Positions 40,170 through 48,216 of a stretch of DNA of 64,000 nucleotides are shown here, piece after piece (position 1 is the stretch's first letter; each line of letters starts with the position of its first letter). Made by a program: the position numbers and the translations under genes. Origin of the DNA: Synechococcus sp. (GTDB taxonomy: Bacteria; Cyanobacteriota; Cyanobacteriia; PCC-6307; Cyanobiaceae). Location: positions 512,001-576,000 of the forward strand of contig JBJBEO010000001.1 in NCBI GenBank assembly GCA_047284725.1, in the 5' to 3' direction. The notes beneath the pieces were generated by a model, which searched no databases, was not told where the DNA came from, and worked only from the letters and a program-made list of their open reading frames with translations.

Positions 40170-40433
40170 ATGGAACGCAAAAGCCAGCACCCTGAGCCGC
40201 ACCCTCAGAAAAACGGGGAAGGCTGGCTGCTGAACGCACAGGAGCAGAAGGTGGTCTGCTTCCGGAATGCGTTGGCCTCAGCTCATGCCAAGTGGGTTGA
40301 GGTCGAAACCAGGCCGCTGCATGGTGGTGGGCGGCCCGTCGTGAGGCGGATGCTCAGGCATAACGCCATCGAGACATGGCAGACGATGCTCAAGACCGGG
40401 TGGGTCCGGTGTTCACCGAGGCATCTCAAGTAG
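40170..40433 (+). CDS. DUF1651-like picocyanobacterial protein
   Basis: GEGWLLN...RRMLRHNAIETWQTMLKTGWVRC. Confidence 0.7.
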   Translation: MERKSQHPEPHPQKNGEGWLLNAQEQKVVCFRNALASAHAKWVEVETRPLHGGGRPVVRRMLRHNAIETWQTMLKTGWVRCSPRHLK

Positions 40434-40446
40434 CCAGCAGCTACTT

Positions 40447-40854
40447 CTAAAAGCCGGACATGATCCTCAGCCTTGTGGCGATGAATTTCTTGGTCTGTTC
40501 CCTGGTGTCTTCGCTGCACCTGGCGGCTCGCATTGTGATTCCGTAGCCGAGCTTCGTAGGGACATTCAGCTCGATTCCGTTGCGGCCAAGGAATAAGCGA
40601 GTGGCGATAAAAGACATCCGCTTGTTGCCTTCTGCGAAGCCGTGGTTTTTGTTCATCGCCAGCATTAGATGGGCGGCCAAGACGAAGCGATCGTCTTCCT
40701 CGGCGTAAAACCAAAGCTGCTGCGGTGCGGCCAAAGCCTGCTCCAGCTTGTGGGTGTCGATACCGGGAATCCCTCCGTAAAGCTTCAACATCCGGGCGTG
40801 AGCCGGTTCAAGCCACTCCCGCTTCAACCAACTCGGCTCAACCGGCCGAGGCAT
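40447..40854 (-). CDS. Fic/Doc family toxin
   Basis: HGFAEGNKR motif; YGGIPGI..LEQALAAP. Confidence 0.9.
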   Translation of the reverse strand: MPRPVEPSWLKREWLEPAHARMLKLYGGIPGIDTHKLEQALAAPQQLWFYAEEDDRFVLAAHLMLAMNKNHGFAEGNKRMSFIATRLFLGRNGIELNVPTKLGYGITMRAARCSEDTREQTKKFIATRLRIMSGF

Positions 40855-41063
40855 CAGCTATCGGAAAGGAGCCGCATCAGCTCGTCGTTTTCCTCGAAAG
40901 TCCTCTCCAAGGCCCTGAGCATTCCGGCGTCACCGCAGACGTCAGAGTTGGCCTGGGGCAGATCAACGACAGAGCGTCGCTTCACATCAACGCGCCGGAC
41001 GAACTGCATCGACCGACCTTCAGGGCCGGGGTTGATACGGATTTTCCGCTTCTCCTTCTCCAT
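40854..41063 (-). CDS. Putative antitoxin of the Doc toxin
   Basis: 69 aa, TGATG coupling to the toxin start, C-terminal FEENDELMRLLS helix. Confidence 0.65.
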   Translation of the reverse strand: MEKEKRKIRINPGPEGRSMQFVRRVDVKRRSVVDLPQANSDVCGDAGMLRALERTFEENDELMRLLSDS

Positions 41064-41088
41064 GCCGTCGATTCTGGACTTGCCGGCT

Positions 41089-41241
41089 TCAGACCGCAAG
41101 CAGTTGGGCCAAGGCCAGGGCGTCGGCCACATCGAGGCAGACCTGGCCGTCCATCGGGTGGGCCTGGCTGAGGGCAGTGTGGAGGCGGCCGATCAGGGCC
41201 AGCCTGGGGTTGTCCTCCACAGCACTGGTGGCCTGATTCAC
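41089..41241 (-). CDS. Possible 50-aa hypothetical protein
   Basis: MNQATSAVEDNPRLALIGRLHTALSQAHPMDGQVCLDVADALALAQLLAV. Confidence 0.3.
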   Translation of the reverse strand: MNQATSAVEDNPRLALIGRLHTALSQAHPMDGQVCLDVADALALAQLLAV

Positions 41242-41859
41242 ACCCACCGCCGCCACCTACACCCTGGGCAGACCGGCGCTGGCTGCAGTACAGGCCAGAC
41301 GGCTGGAAATTCTTTGGAACCCTATTGCGTCTTGAAACTCAGAGATGGCGCATTTCTCTTATTGATCCACCTTGTTCCGGCTGACCCGGCCAGGGATCTC
41401 CTCTATATCCGACTGGCCCGAGAGCTGATCCGGTTGATCGCCGACCTGAAGAAGCTGAGTGGGTGAACTGGCTCATCCCTCATCCTGGGCCCGGGATGCC
41501 GTTGGCGATCCGCCGCCGGCGCCTGGCCTGATCACCATCCACCCGGCGGTGGCCACCACCCACCGTGTTGATCCGGGGCCACGGCCTCGCAGCCACCCTC
41601 CACCAGCTGCCGCCCTCGGGCCTGGGCCTCCTCCAGCGTGGCCTTCCCCTCCGGTGTGGCCAGATGCTTCCCCCACCATTCCGGCCCTCGCCCTCGCCGG
41701 CTGGCCAGTGCGTCCCGTCCCGATCACCCTGGCTTCTCTTCTGCCTCGGCTTCCGCTTCGCCGGCATCGCCCAGGGACGCACCTGCCCCCATGCTGCGCC
41801 CAATTCTGCGCCCCGGTGGTGCTTTTCAGATCAAGGCCGCGGCCGCCAGCCCAGTGCTG

Positions 41860-42633
41860 TCAGTCGATCTCTAGCCCCTCGGCCATCTCAAGATTGGCGC
41901 TGACGCCGCTCACGTCGTCGAGTTCGTCGAGCGCGTCGAGCAGCTTCAGGCATTGCCGCGTTGTTTCGACGTCATTGATCGTCACGTTGGTGAGCGGATG
42001 CCAGCAGTGCTCCCAGCTCTGCACGTCCCAACCCTTCACCCGAAGGCCGTTCTGCAGGCGTTCTAGGGCGTCAAATGGCCCATGCACCACGGCTGATCCC
42101 GCTTCGCTGAGGTCATAGCCGTCGGCATCGAGATCGAGAAGGGTTTCCAGCAGTTGGTCTTCGCTCAGTGCTCCCTTGGTCGCATCGGGAGTCGCAGCAG
42201 GGCGGATGCGCACTTCACTGCGGTGCTCAAACAGATAACTGACGCAACCGATCTCGCCGAGATTGCCTCCGTTCTTGCTGAATGCCAGCCGAACGTCGGC
42301 GGCGGTGCGATTGCGATTGTCGGTGAGGGCCTCAATCAGCACCGCGACTCCCCCCGCTGCGTAGCCCTCATACCGGATTCTTTCCAGCTGAAGGGCACCG
42401 TCGCTCCCCTGACCTGACCCTTTGGCGATGGCGCGATCAATGTTGGCGGCTGGAAGACCAGCGGCTTTGGCTTTGGCGATGGCGGTTCGCAGTTGAAAGT
42501 TGCCGGCTGGATCACCGCCACTGCGGGCTGCCACCGTGATCTCGCGGCCGATGCGGGTGAACACTGCACCGCGTTTGGCATCCACCAAGGCCTTGGTGCG
42601 TTTGATCTGGGCCCATTTGCTGTGGCCGGCCAT
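41860..42633 (-). CDS. yebC: YebC/PmpR family protein
   Basis: [31 protein letters not shown]. Confidence 0.96.
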   Translation of the reverse strand: MAGHSKWAQIKRTKALVDAKRGAVFTRIGREITVAARSGGDPAGNFQLRTAIAKAKAAGLPAANIDRAIAKGSGQGSDGALQLERIRYEGYAAGGVAVLIEALTDNRNRTAADVRLAFSKNGGNLGEIGCVSYLFEHRSEVRIRPAATPDATKGALSEDQLLETLLDLDADGYDLSEAGSAVVHGPFDALERLQNGLRVKGWDVQSWEHCWHPLTNVTINDVETTRQCLKLLDALDELDDVSGVSANLEMAEGLEID

Positions 42634-42698
42634 CGAATCGCAACTACAGCTTTGCAGGAGAAGGGTAGTGGCTGGTCTGCAACCGCCTCAGCCACCGC

Positions 42699-43616
42699 TC
42701 AGCCATGGGCATTGAAGACCACCTTGGGTCGCAGGAGCTCGTCAGTTTCCATAATCCCGATCCCCAGCATCGGCCCGCTGGTCTGCAGCACCATCACCGT
42801 GTCTCCTTGGTTGGCAAGGCCCTCAGCCAGCTGCAGGCGTCGGCCACAGCGCCAGTCCTCGCGCTCCGCTTCAGTGGCCAGGTGATGGGTGAGGTGAGAC
42901 AACGCCTGCTCCGGGGGCAGGACCTCCGGCAACGCCTTCTGGTTGGCCTCTTGGTGGTCGGGCCAGTCCGGCAAGGGCACGGCTTGATCGATGGGGAAGC
43001 CAAGGGCCTGAATCCGCCGCAAACCGGCCAGACAGCCACCGCAACCAAGCCGTGCCCCCAGGTCACGGGCCAACGAGCGGATATAAGTGCCTGCCGAGCA
43101 GTGAACCTCCAGCTCGAGGCGCCCCGTTTCTGGGTTCCAGTCGAGTAGCTGAAGACGGTGGATGGTCACCGGCCTGGGCGGTAAATCCATGCTTTCGCCG
43201 CGTCGCACCCGTTCATGGGCCCGCATGCCGTCGACATGCACGGCCGAGACCTGAGGGGGTTGTTGAGCGATCGCTCCGCGAAAGGCGGCAAGCGCTTCGT
43301 CGAGCTGATTCGTCGTCAGTTTGGGCCACGACCTTGTGGTGAGGGGCTCCCCGTCGAGGTCGTCGGTGCTGGTGGTCTGTCCCAGTTGGATGCTGCCGCG
43401 ATAGGTCTTTTCACCAGGTAAGTAAGGCAGCAGGCGTGTGGCTGGGCCCAAGGCGATGGGAAGCACCCCGGTGACTGCCGGATCGAGGGTGCCACCGTGG
43501 CCGACACGTTTTAGGCCAAAACATCGCCTCAGGCGACTGACGCAGTTGTGGGAGGTGAGACCGGCGGGTTTATCAATCACCACGAAGCCGAAGGGACCCT
43601 CCACCGACGCATCCAT
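42699..43616 (-). CDS. truB: tRNA pseudouridine(55) synthase
   Basis: IDKPAGLTS, GHGGTLDP, CSAGTYIRSLARD. Confidence 0.96.
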   Translation of the reverse strand: MDASVEGPFGFVVIDKPAGLTSHNCVSRLRRCFGLKRVGHGGTLDPAVTGVLPIALGPATRLLPYLPGEKTYRGSIQLGQTTSTDDLDGEPLTTRSWPKLTTNQLDEALAAFRGAIAQQPPQVSAVHVDGMRAHERVRRGESMDLPPRPVTIHRLQLLDWNPETGRLELEVHCSAGTYIRSLARDLGARLGCGGCLAGLRRIQALGFPIDQAVPLPDWPDHQEANQKALPEVLPPEQALSHLTHHLATEAEREDWRCGRRLQLAEGLANQGDTVMVLQTSGPMLGIGIMETDELLRPKVVFNAHG

Positions 43617-43680
43617 CACGCTTCGACGACTGTGCCAGTTCAAGCTGCCCGGTAGGTTGGCCGACGACTCCAAGCACTCC

Positions 43681-44430
43681 ATGCAAGAGCTTCGATCCAC
43701 CAGCGTGGATGTGAATGCCTTCCTCCGGGATGGTTTGCGGGTGAAAGAGCACCTCAGCACCTACCTCGACCTTGCGTTGCAGGAGGTGGAACAGCGGCTG
43801 CACCGTGGTACCGAAGCGTTGGCAGCGCTTCACCCTGGCGCGTTTCAGGCCGATGACGCCACCGGGTTTTATGAAGAGACGGTGGGCACTGGTCACTTGC
43901 TGGAACTGGCGGCGTGGCATCTGAGCAGTGCCGACTACATCGCCGACACCTTGCGCCTGCAGCAGCAGTTCGCTTCAGGTCAGGTGCTCGACTTTGGTGG
44001 GGGCATCGGCACCCATGCCTTGTCGGCAGCGGCCTTGCAGAGCGTCGAGCACGTGTGGTTTGTCGACCTCAACCCTCACAATCGAGCCTTTGTTGCGCAG
44101 CGGGCAGCTGCGCTGGGTCTTGCTGGCAAGCTCTCGGTGCACCGGGATCTCGAAGGCTGCGCCGATCAACGGTTCGACACCGTGGTGTGCCTGGATGTGC
44201 TGGAGCATTTGCCGGATCCATCTGCTCAGCTCGAGCGTTTTCATGCCGCCATGGCCCCCGGCGCCACAGCCTTACTCAATTGGTATTTCTTTAAAGGTCA
44301 CCACGGCGAATATCCCTTCCACTTCGATGACCCTGTCCTCGTTGAAACGTTCTTTCGAACATTGCAGAGGTGTTTTCTGGAGGTCTTTCACCCCTTCCTG
44401 ATCACCACTCGCGCCTACCGGCCGGCCTGA
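43681..44430 (+). CDS. Class I SAM-dependent methyltransferase
   Basis: VLDFGGGIG, CLDVLEHL. Confidence 0.88.
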   Translation: MQELRSTSVDVNAFLRDGLRVKEHLSTYLDLALQEVEQRLHRGTEALAALHPGAFQADDATGFYEETVGTGHLLELAAWHLSSADYIADTLRLQQQFASGQVLDFGGGIGTHALSAAALQSVEHVWFVDLNPHNRAFVAQRAAALGLAGKLSVHRDLEGCADQRFDTVVCLDVLEHLPDPSAQLERFHAAMAPGATALLNWYFFKGHHGEYPFHFDDPVLVETFFRTLQRCFLEVFHPFLITTRAYRPA

Positions 44431-44439
44431 GGGCAAGAC

Positions 44440-44472
44440 AAAGCCCCCGCTCATCTCGTGAGCAGGGGCTTT
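44440..44472. terminator. Bidirectional terminator
   Basis: AAAGCCCC(C)GCTCA...TGAGCAGGGGCTTT. Confidence 0.75.
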
Positions 44473-44496
44473 GTTGGAGAAGCGACGAAAATGCCT

Positions 44497-44763
44497 TCAG
44501 CCGGCGGTGGCGACGCTGATGCGCTTGCGGTTGCGAAGGCCACGCTTGATGGTCTCGAACGTGACGACCCCGTCGATGAGGGCGAACAGGGTGTCGTCTT
44601 TGCCCTGGCCGACGTTCTGGCCTGGCAGCACGGCGGTGCCACGCTGACGAATCAGGATAGAGCCGGCAGTGACGGTCTCGCCGCCATAGGCCTTCACGCC
44701 GAGGCGCTTGGAATTGGAATCGCGACCGTTGCGTGTGGAGCCTGTGCCTTTTTTATGTGCCAT
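44497..44763 (-). CDS. rpmA: 50S ribosomal protein L27
   Basis: [24 protein letters not shown]. Confidence 0.98.
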   Translation of the reverse strand: MAHKKGTGSTRNGRDSNSKRLGVKAYGGETVTAGSILIRQRGTAVLPGQNVGQGKDDTLFALIDGVVTFETIKRGLRNRKRISVATAG

Positions 44764-44803
44764 GAGAAAGCGGGGAAAGTGAAGGTCTGTGCTGTGGAGA
44801 GGG

Positions 44804-45154
44804 TCAGCTGATGGACTTGCCGCCAACTTTGATGGACTGAACCATCACACGAGTCAGTTCCTGACGATGACCGTTCTTGCGGCGGGTTTTCTTCTTGGGG
44901 CGCATTTTGTACACGATCACCTTGGGGCCGCGGCGGTGATCCATCACCTTCAGCTCAACGGTGGCATTGTTGACGTAGGGCTGGCCGAGGGTGGTGCCTG
45001 AACCGTCCTTGACGAGAAGAACGTTGTCGAGCGTTACGGTCTCATCGACGCCGGCCTGCAGACGGTCGAGGTCGTAATAGCGGTTGGGCTGGAGCCAGAA
45101 CTGCTGGCCCGACGCCTCGACAATTGCGTAGCTATCGGTGCTGGGATCTGCCAT
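44804..45154 (-). CDS. rplU: 50S ribosomal protein L21
   Basis: [19 protein letters not shown]. Confidence 0.97.
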   Translation of the reverse strand: MADPSTDSYAIVEASGQQFWLQPNRYYDLDRLQAGVDETVTLDNVLLVKDGSGTTLGQPYVNNATVELKVMDHRRGPKVIVYKMRPKKKTRRKNGHRQELTRVMVQSIKVGGKSIS

Positions 45155-45324
45155 GGAAATGGGGCGACGCGACCAGGCTCGAGGCAATCGAATGGTCGGA
45201 CCGTATCGATCCCCAGCCGATCGCTTCGATTCGGCCTGAACCGCAATCGAAAGACAAACAAAGATCCTCGCCTTTCGGTTTCCCTTTCGTCAAGATCAAG
45301 TCAGAGGCATTTCCCGCCCAGTCG

Positions 45325-46221
45325 ATGAGTGGACCGGCCCTTGACATCGCTTTGTTGCTGAAGACGCCGAATCTCGTCGATGCCTGTTGCTCCTGGTTGC
45401 CGAGGAACCGCTACACGACTGTTGATCTTGGGTTGACGGCTGGGTTGCATGACCTGTTGACGGTGTTGGAGGAGCAGCGGGAGGCCGTGGATGCGGTGGT
45501 GATCGAGCAGTCGTTGCTTGGTCCTGATCTCAAGCAGTCGCTGATGGAGAAGGGGCTTCTGTTCCCTGCCGTCGTGGTGGGCGAGGTGATGGGCCGCGTT
45601 GATTACCACCCTGAGGAGGTGCATCTGCCTGTCGATCAGCTGGAACAGCTGGGCTACAACGTCGATGCTGCGATTTCCCGCTTTCTTCGTCATGGCCAGA
45701 AGGAAGAGAGCCAAGGGGAGGGGCAAGCCCTGGATGTGGAGGGCGGAAAGGCTGTCGAGGGAAGTCCCTGGCGCATGGCCAGTCGCTTGCAGGAGCGTCT
45801 CGGCTATCTCGGTGTCTTTTACAAGCGGGATCCTTCCCGCTTTCTCAGCAACCTGCCTTCAGAAGAGCAGCAGGAGTTGCTCAAGTCGCTGCAGCGCACC
45901 TATCGCGATCTTCTGCTGAGTTACTTCCGGGATCCGGCTGCGGCCAACCAGGCATTGGAGAGCTTCGTGAACACGGCATTTTTTGGTGATTTGCCGATCA
46001 CGCGTGCTGTTGAAATTCACATGAACCTGATTGACGATTTTTGGAAGAAGCTCAGACTTGAAGGGCACAAGAACGACTTTCTACAGGACTATCGCTTGGC
46101 GTTGCTTGATGTGATGGCCCATCTCTGTGAGATGTACCGCCGCTCGATACCGACCGAGGCACAGCTCGACCCTGCCCCAAGTGCCACCGCCACTGTCACC
46201 GATTTGGAGGTGTCCTCATGA
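45325..46221 (+). CDS. kaiA: Circadian clock protein KaiA
   Basis: [36 protein letters not shown]. Confidence 0.96.
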   Translation: MSGPALDIALLLKTPNLVDACCSWLPRNRYTTVDLGLTAGLHDLLTVLEEQREAVDAVVIEQSLLGPDLKQSLMEKGLLFPAVVVGEVMGRVDYHPEEVHLPVDQLEQLGYNVDAAISRFLRHGQKEESQGEGQALDVEGGKAVEGSPWRMASRLQERLGYLGVFYKRDPSRFLSNLPSEEQQELLKSLQRTYRDLLLSYFRDPAAANQALESFVNTAFFGDLPITRAVEIHMNLIDDFWKKLRLEGHKNDFLQDYRLALLDVMAHLCEMYRRSIPTEAQLDPAPSATATVTDLEVSS

Positions 46222-46577
46222 GCCCACGCAAGACTTACATCCTCAAGCTTTATGTGGCGGGAAACACACCCAACTCCATGCGAGCACTCAAGACCCTGCG
46301 CAACATTCTTGAAACGGAGTTTCAGGGTGTTTACGCGCTGAAGGTGATTGATGTATTGAAGAATCCTCAGCTGGCAGAGGAAGACAAGATTCTTGCCACT
46401 CCAACGTTGTCGAAGATTTTGCCTCCCCCTGTGCGACGAATCATTGGCGACCTTTCGGATCGGGAGAGGGTCTTGATTGGCCTTGATCTGCTTTATGACG
46501 AACTTGCTGATGGTTCCCTCAGTTCGTCGTTGATGGATACGTTGGAAGATGCTGACCAGGCGGCCACAGAACCTTAA
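46218..46577 (+). CDS. kaiB: Circadian clock protein KaiB
   Basis: [22 protein letters not shown]. Confidence 0.98.
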   Translation: MSPRKTYILKLYVAGNTPNSMRALKTLRNILETEFQGVYALKVIDVLKNPQLAEEDKILATPTLSKILPPPVRRIIGDLSDRERVLIGLDLLYDELADGSLSSSLMDTLEDADQAATEP

Positions 46578-46643
46578 GCAGAGCGCGTGTCTTGCGTTCG
46601 TTTGCTCCTTCTGTATCTAGCGTTGTAGTAATCCCCTCCAGCT

Positions 46644-48182
46644 ATGAAGTTCTCAGGTTCGACTGGCTCACCTCAGATGCAGGTCCAGAAGCTCCCAACG
46701 GGGATTGAGGGCTTCGATGATGTCTGTCAAGGGGGCTTGCCGATTGGTCGAAGTACCCTGATTAGTGGGACGTCGGGTACGGGGAAAACAGTTTTTTCTT
46801 TGCATTTCCTTCATAACGGAATTTCTCACTTTGATGAGCCCGGGATCTTTGTCACGTTTGAAGAGTCACCGCTCGATATTCTGCGCAATGCCGCCAGCTT
46901 TGGCTGGAATCTTCAGGAGATGGTCGAGCAGGATAAGCTGTTTATCCTTGATGCATCGCCTGATCCTGATGGTCAGGACGTGGCAGGAAGTTTTGATCTT
47001 TCCGGTCTGATTGAGCGGATCCATTACGCGATACGTAAGTACAAGGCAAAGCGGGTGGCGATCGATTCGATTACAGCTGTTTTTCAGCAATACGATGCTG
47101 TGTTCGTTGTGCGGCGCGAGATCTTTCGCTTGATTGCGCGATTGAAGGAGATTGGTGTTACCACGGTGATGACGACTGAGCGCATTGATGAATATGGTCC
47201 GATCGCTCGTTATGGTGTTGAAGAATTTGTGTCAGATAATGTAGTGATTCTACGCAACGTGCTTGAGGGCGAGCGCCGCCGCCGCACGGTGGAAATTCTC
47301 AAATTGCGTGGAACCACTCACATGAAGGGCGAGTTCCCCTTCACGATGGGTGCCCATGGGATCAGTATCTTCCCCTTGGGAGCCATGCGGCTCACACAGC
47401 GTTCGTCAAACGTTCGTATCAGCTCCGGGGTGCCACGACTCGATGAGATGTGTGGCGGCGGGTTCTTCAAGGATTCGATCATCCTTGCCACGGGTGCAAC
47501 TGGTACTGGCAAGACCTTGCTGGTGTCGAAATTCATTGAAGATGCGTGCCGTAACAAAGAGCGAGCTATCCTTTTTGCCTATGAAGAATCCCGCGCTCAG
47601 TTGCTGAGAAATGCCACTAGTTCGGGGATTGATTTCGAACAGATGGAGCAAGATGGTTTGCTCAAGATCATCTGTGCCTATCCAGAGTCGACAGGTCTTG
47701 AAGATCACCTTCAGATCATCAAAACGGAGATCAGTCAGTTCAAGCCTTCCAGGATGGCGATCGACTCACTGTCTGCTCTGGCCCGTGGCGTCAGCCATAA
47801 CGCCTTCCGCCAGTTTGTGATTGGCGTTACTGGTTACGCCAAACAGGAAGAGATTGCAGGCTTCTTTACTAATACGTCTGAAGAGTTCATGGGTAGTCAT
47901 TCCATTACTGACTCTCATATCTCTACAATCACTGATACTATTCTGCTGCTGCAATATGTGGAAATTCACGGTGAAATGGCCCGTGCTCTGAACGTGTTCA
48001 AGATGCGTGGCTCCTGGCATGACAAGGGCATTCGTGAATTCGTGATCACAGGTAATGGTCCGGAGATCAAAGACTCCTTCTCCAACTTTGAGCGAATCAT
48101 CAGTGGTGTCCCCCATCGCGTCACCACTGATGAGCGCAGTGAGCTTGCACGCATTGTGCGCGGGGTCAAACCCGACGACTAA
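46644..48182 (+). CDS. kaiC: Circadian clock protein KaiC
   Basis: Two Walker A motifs (GTSGTGKT, GATGTGKT) and DSHISTITD phosphosites. Confidence 0.98.
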   Translation: MKFSGSTGSPQMQVQKLPTGIEGFDDVCQGGLPIGRSTLISGTSGTGKTVFSLHFLHNGISHFDEPGIFVTFEESPLDILRNAASFGWNLQEMVEQDKLFILDASPDPDGQDVAGSFDLSGLIERIHYAIRKYKAKRVAIDSITAVFQQYDAVFVVRREIFRLIARLKEIGVTTVMTTERIDEYGPIARYGVEEFVSDNVVILRNVLEGERRRRTVEILKLRGTTHMKGEFPFTMGAHGISIFPLGAMRLTQRSSNVRISSGVPRLDEMCGGGFFKDSIILATGATGTGKTLLVSKFIEDACRNKERAILFAYEESRAQLLRNATSSGIDFEQMEQDGLLKIICAYPESTGLEDHLQIIKTEISQFKPSRMAIDSLSALARGVSHNAFRQFVIGVTGYAKQEEIAGFFTNTSEEFMGSHSITDSHISTITDTILLLQYVEIHGEMARALNVFKMRGSWHDKGIREFVITGNGPEIKDSFSNFERIISGVPHRVTTDERSELARIVRGVKPDD

Positions 48183-48216
48183 CGGCAGACATGGCCTTTC
48201 TTGTGAGTGACCAGAA

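Larger units (their letters stand above)
24050..41855. mobile_element. Genomic island of small ORFs, repeats and decayed modules between oxoprolinase and yebC (no integrase seen)
   Basis: Break in housekeeping gene content, lower-GC patches, internal duplications, pseudogenes, TA pair; boundaries approximate. Confidence 0.8.

Noticed and set aside
41480..41803. Possible integrase N-terminal remnant
   Set aside because: No recognisable recombinase motif; Arg/Gly-rich translation with no support
24050..41855. CRISPR array or classical integron as explanation for the island repeats
   Set aside because: Repeats are irregularly spaced and on both strands; no cas or intI gene is seen, and I did not find clear attC RYYYAAC/GTTRRRY ends
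40669..42118. Long plus-strand ORFs 40669-41466 and 41459-42118
   Set aside because: They are antisense to the TA pair and yebC, with low-complexity translations
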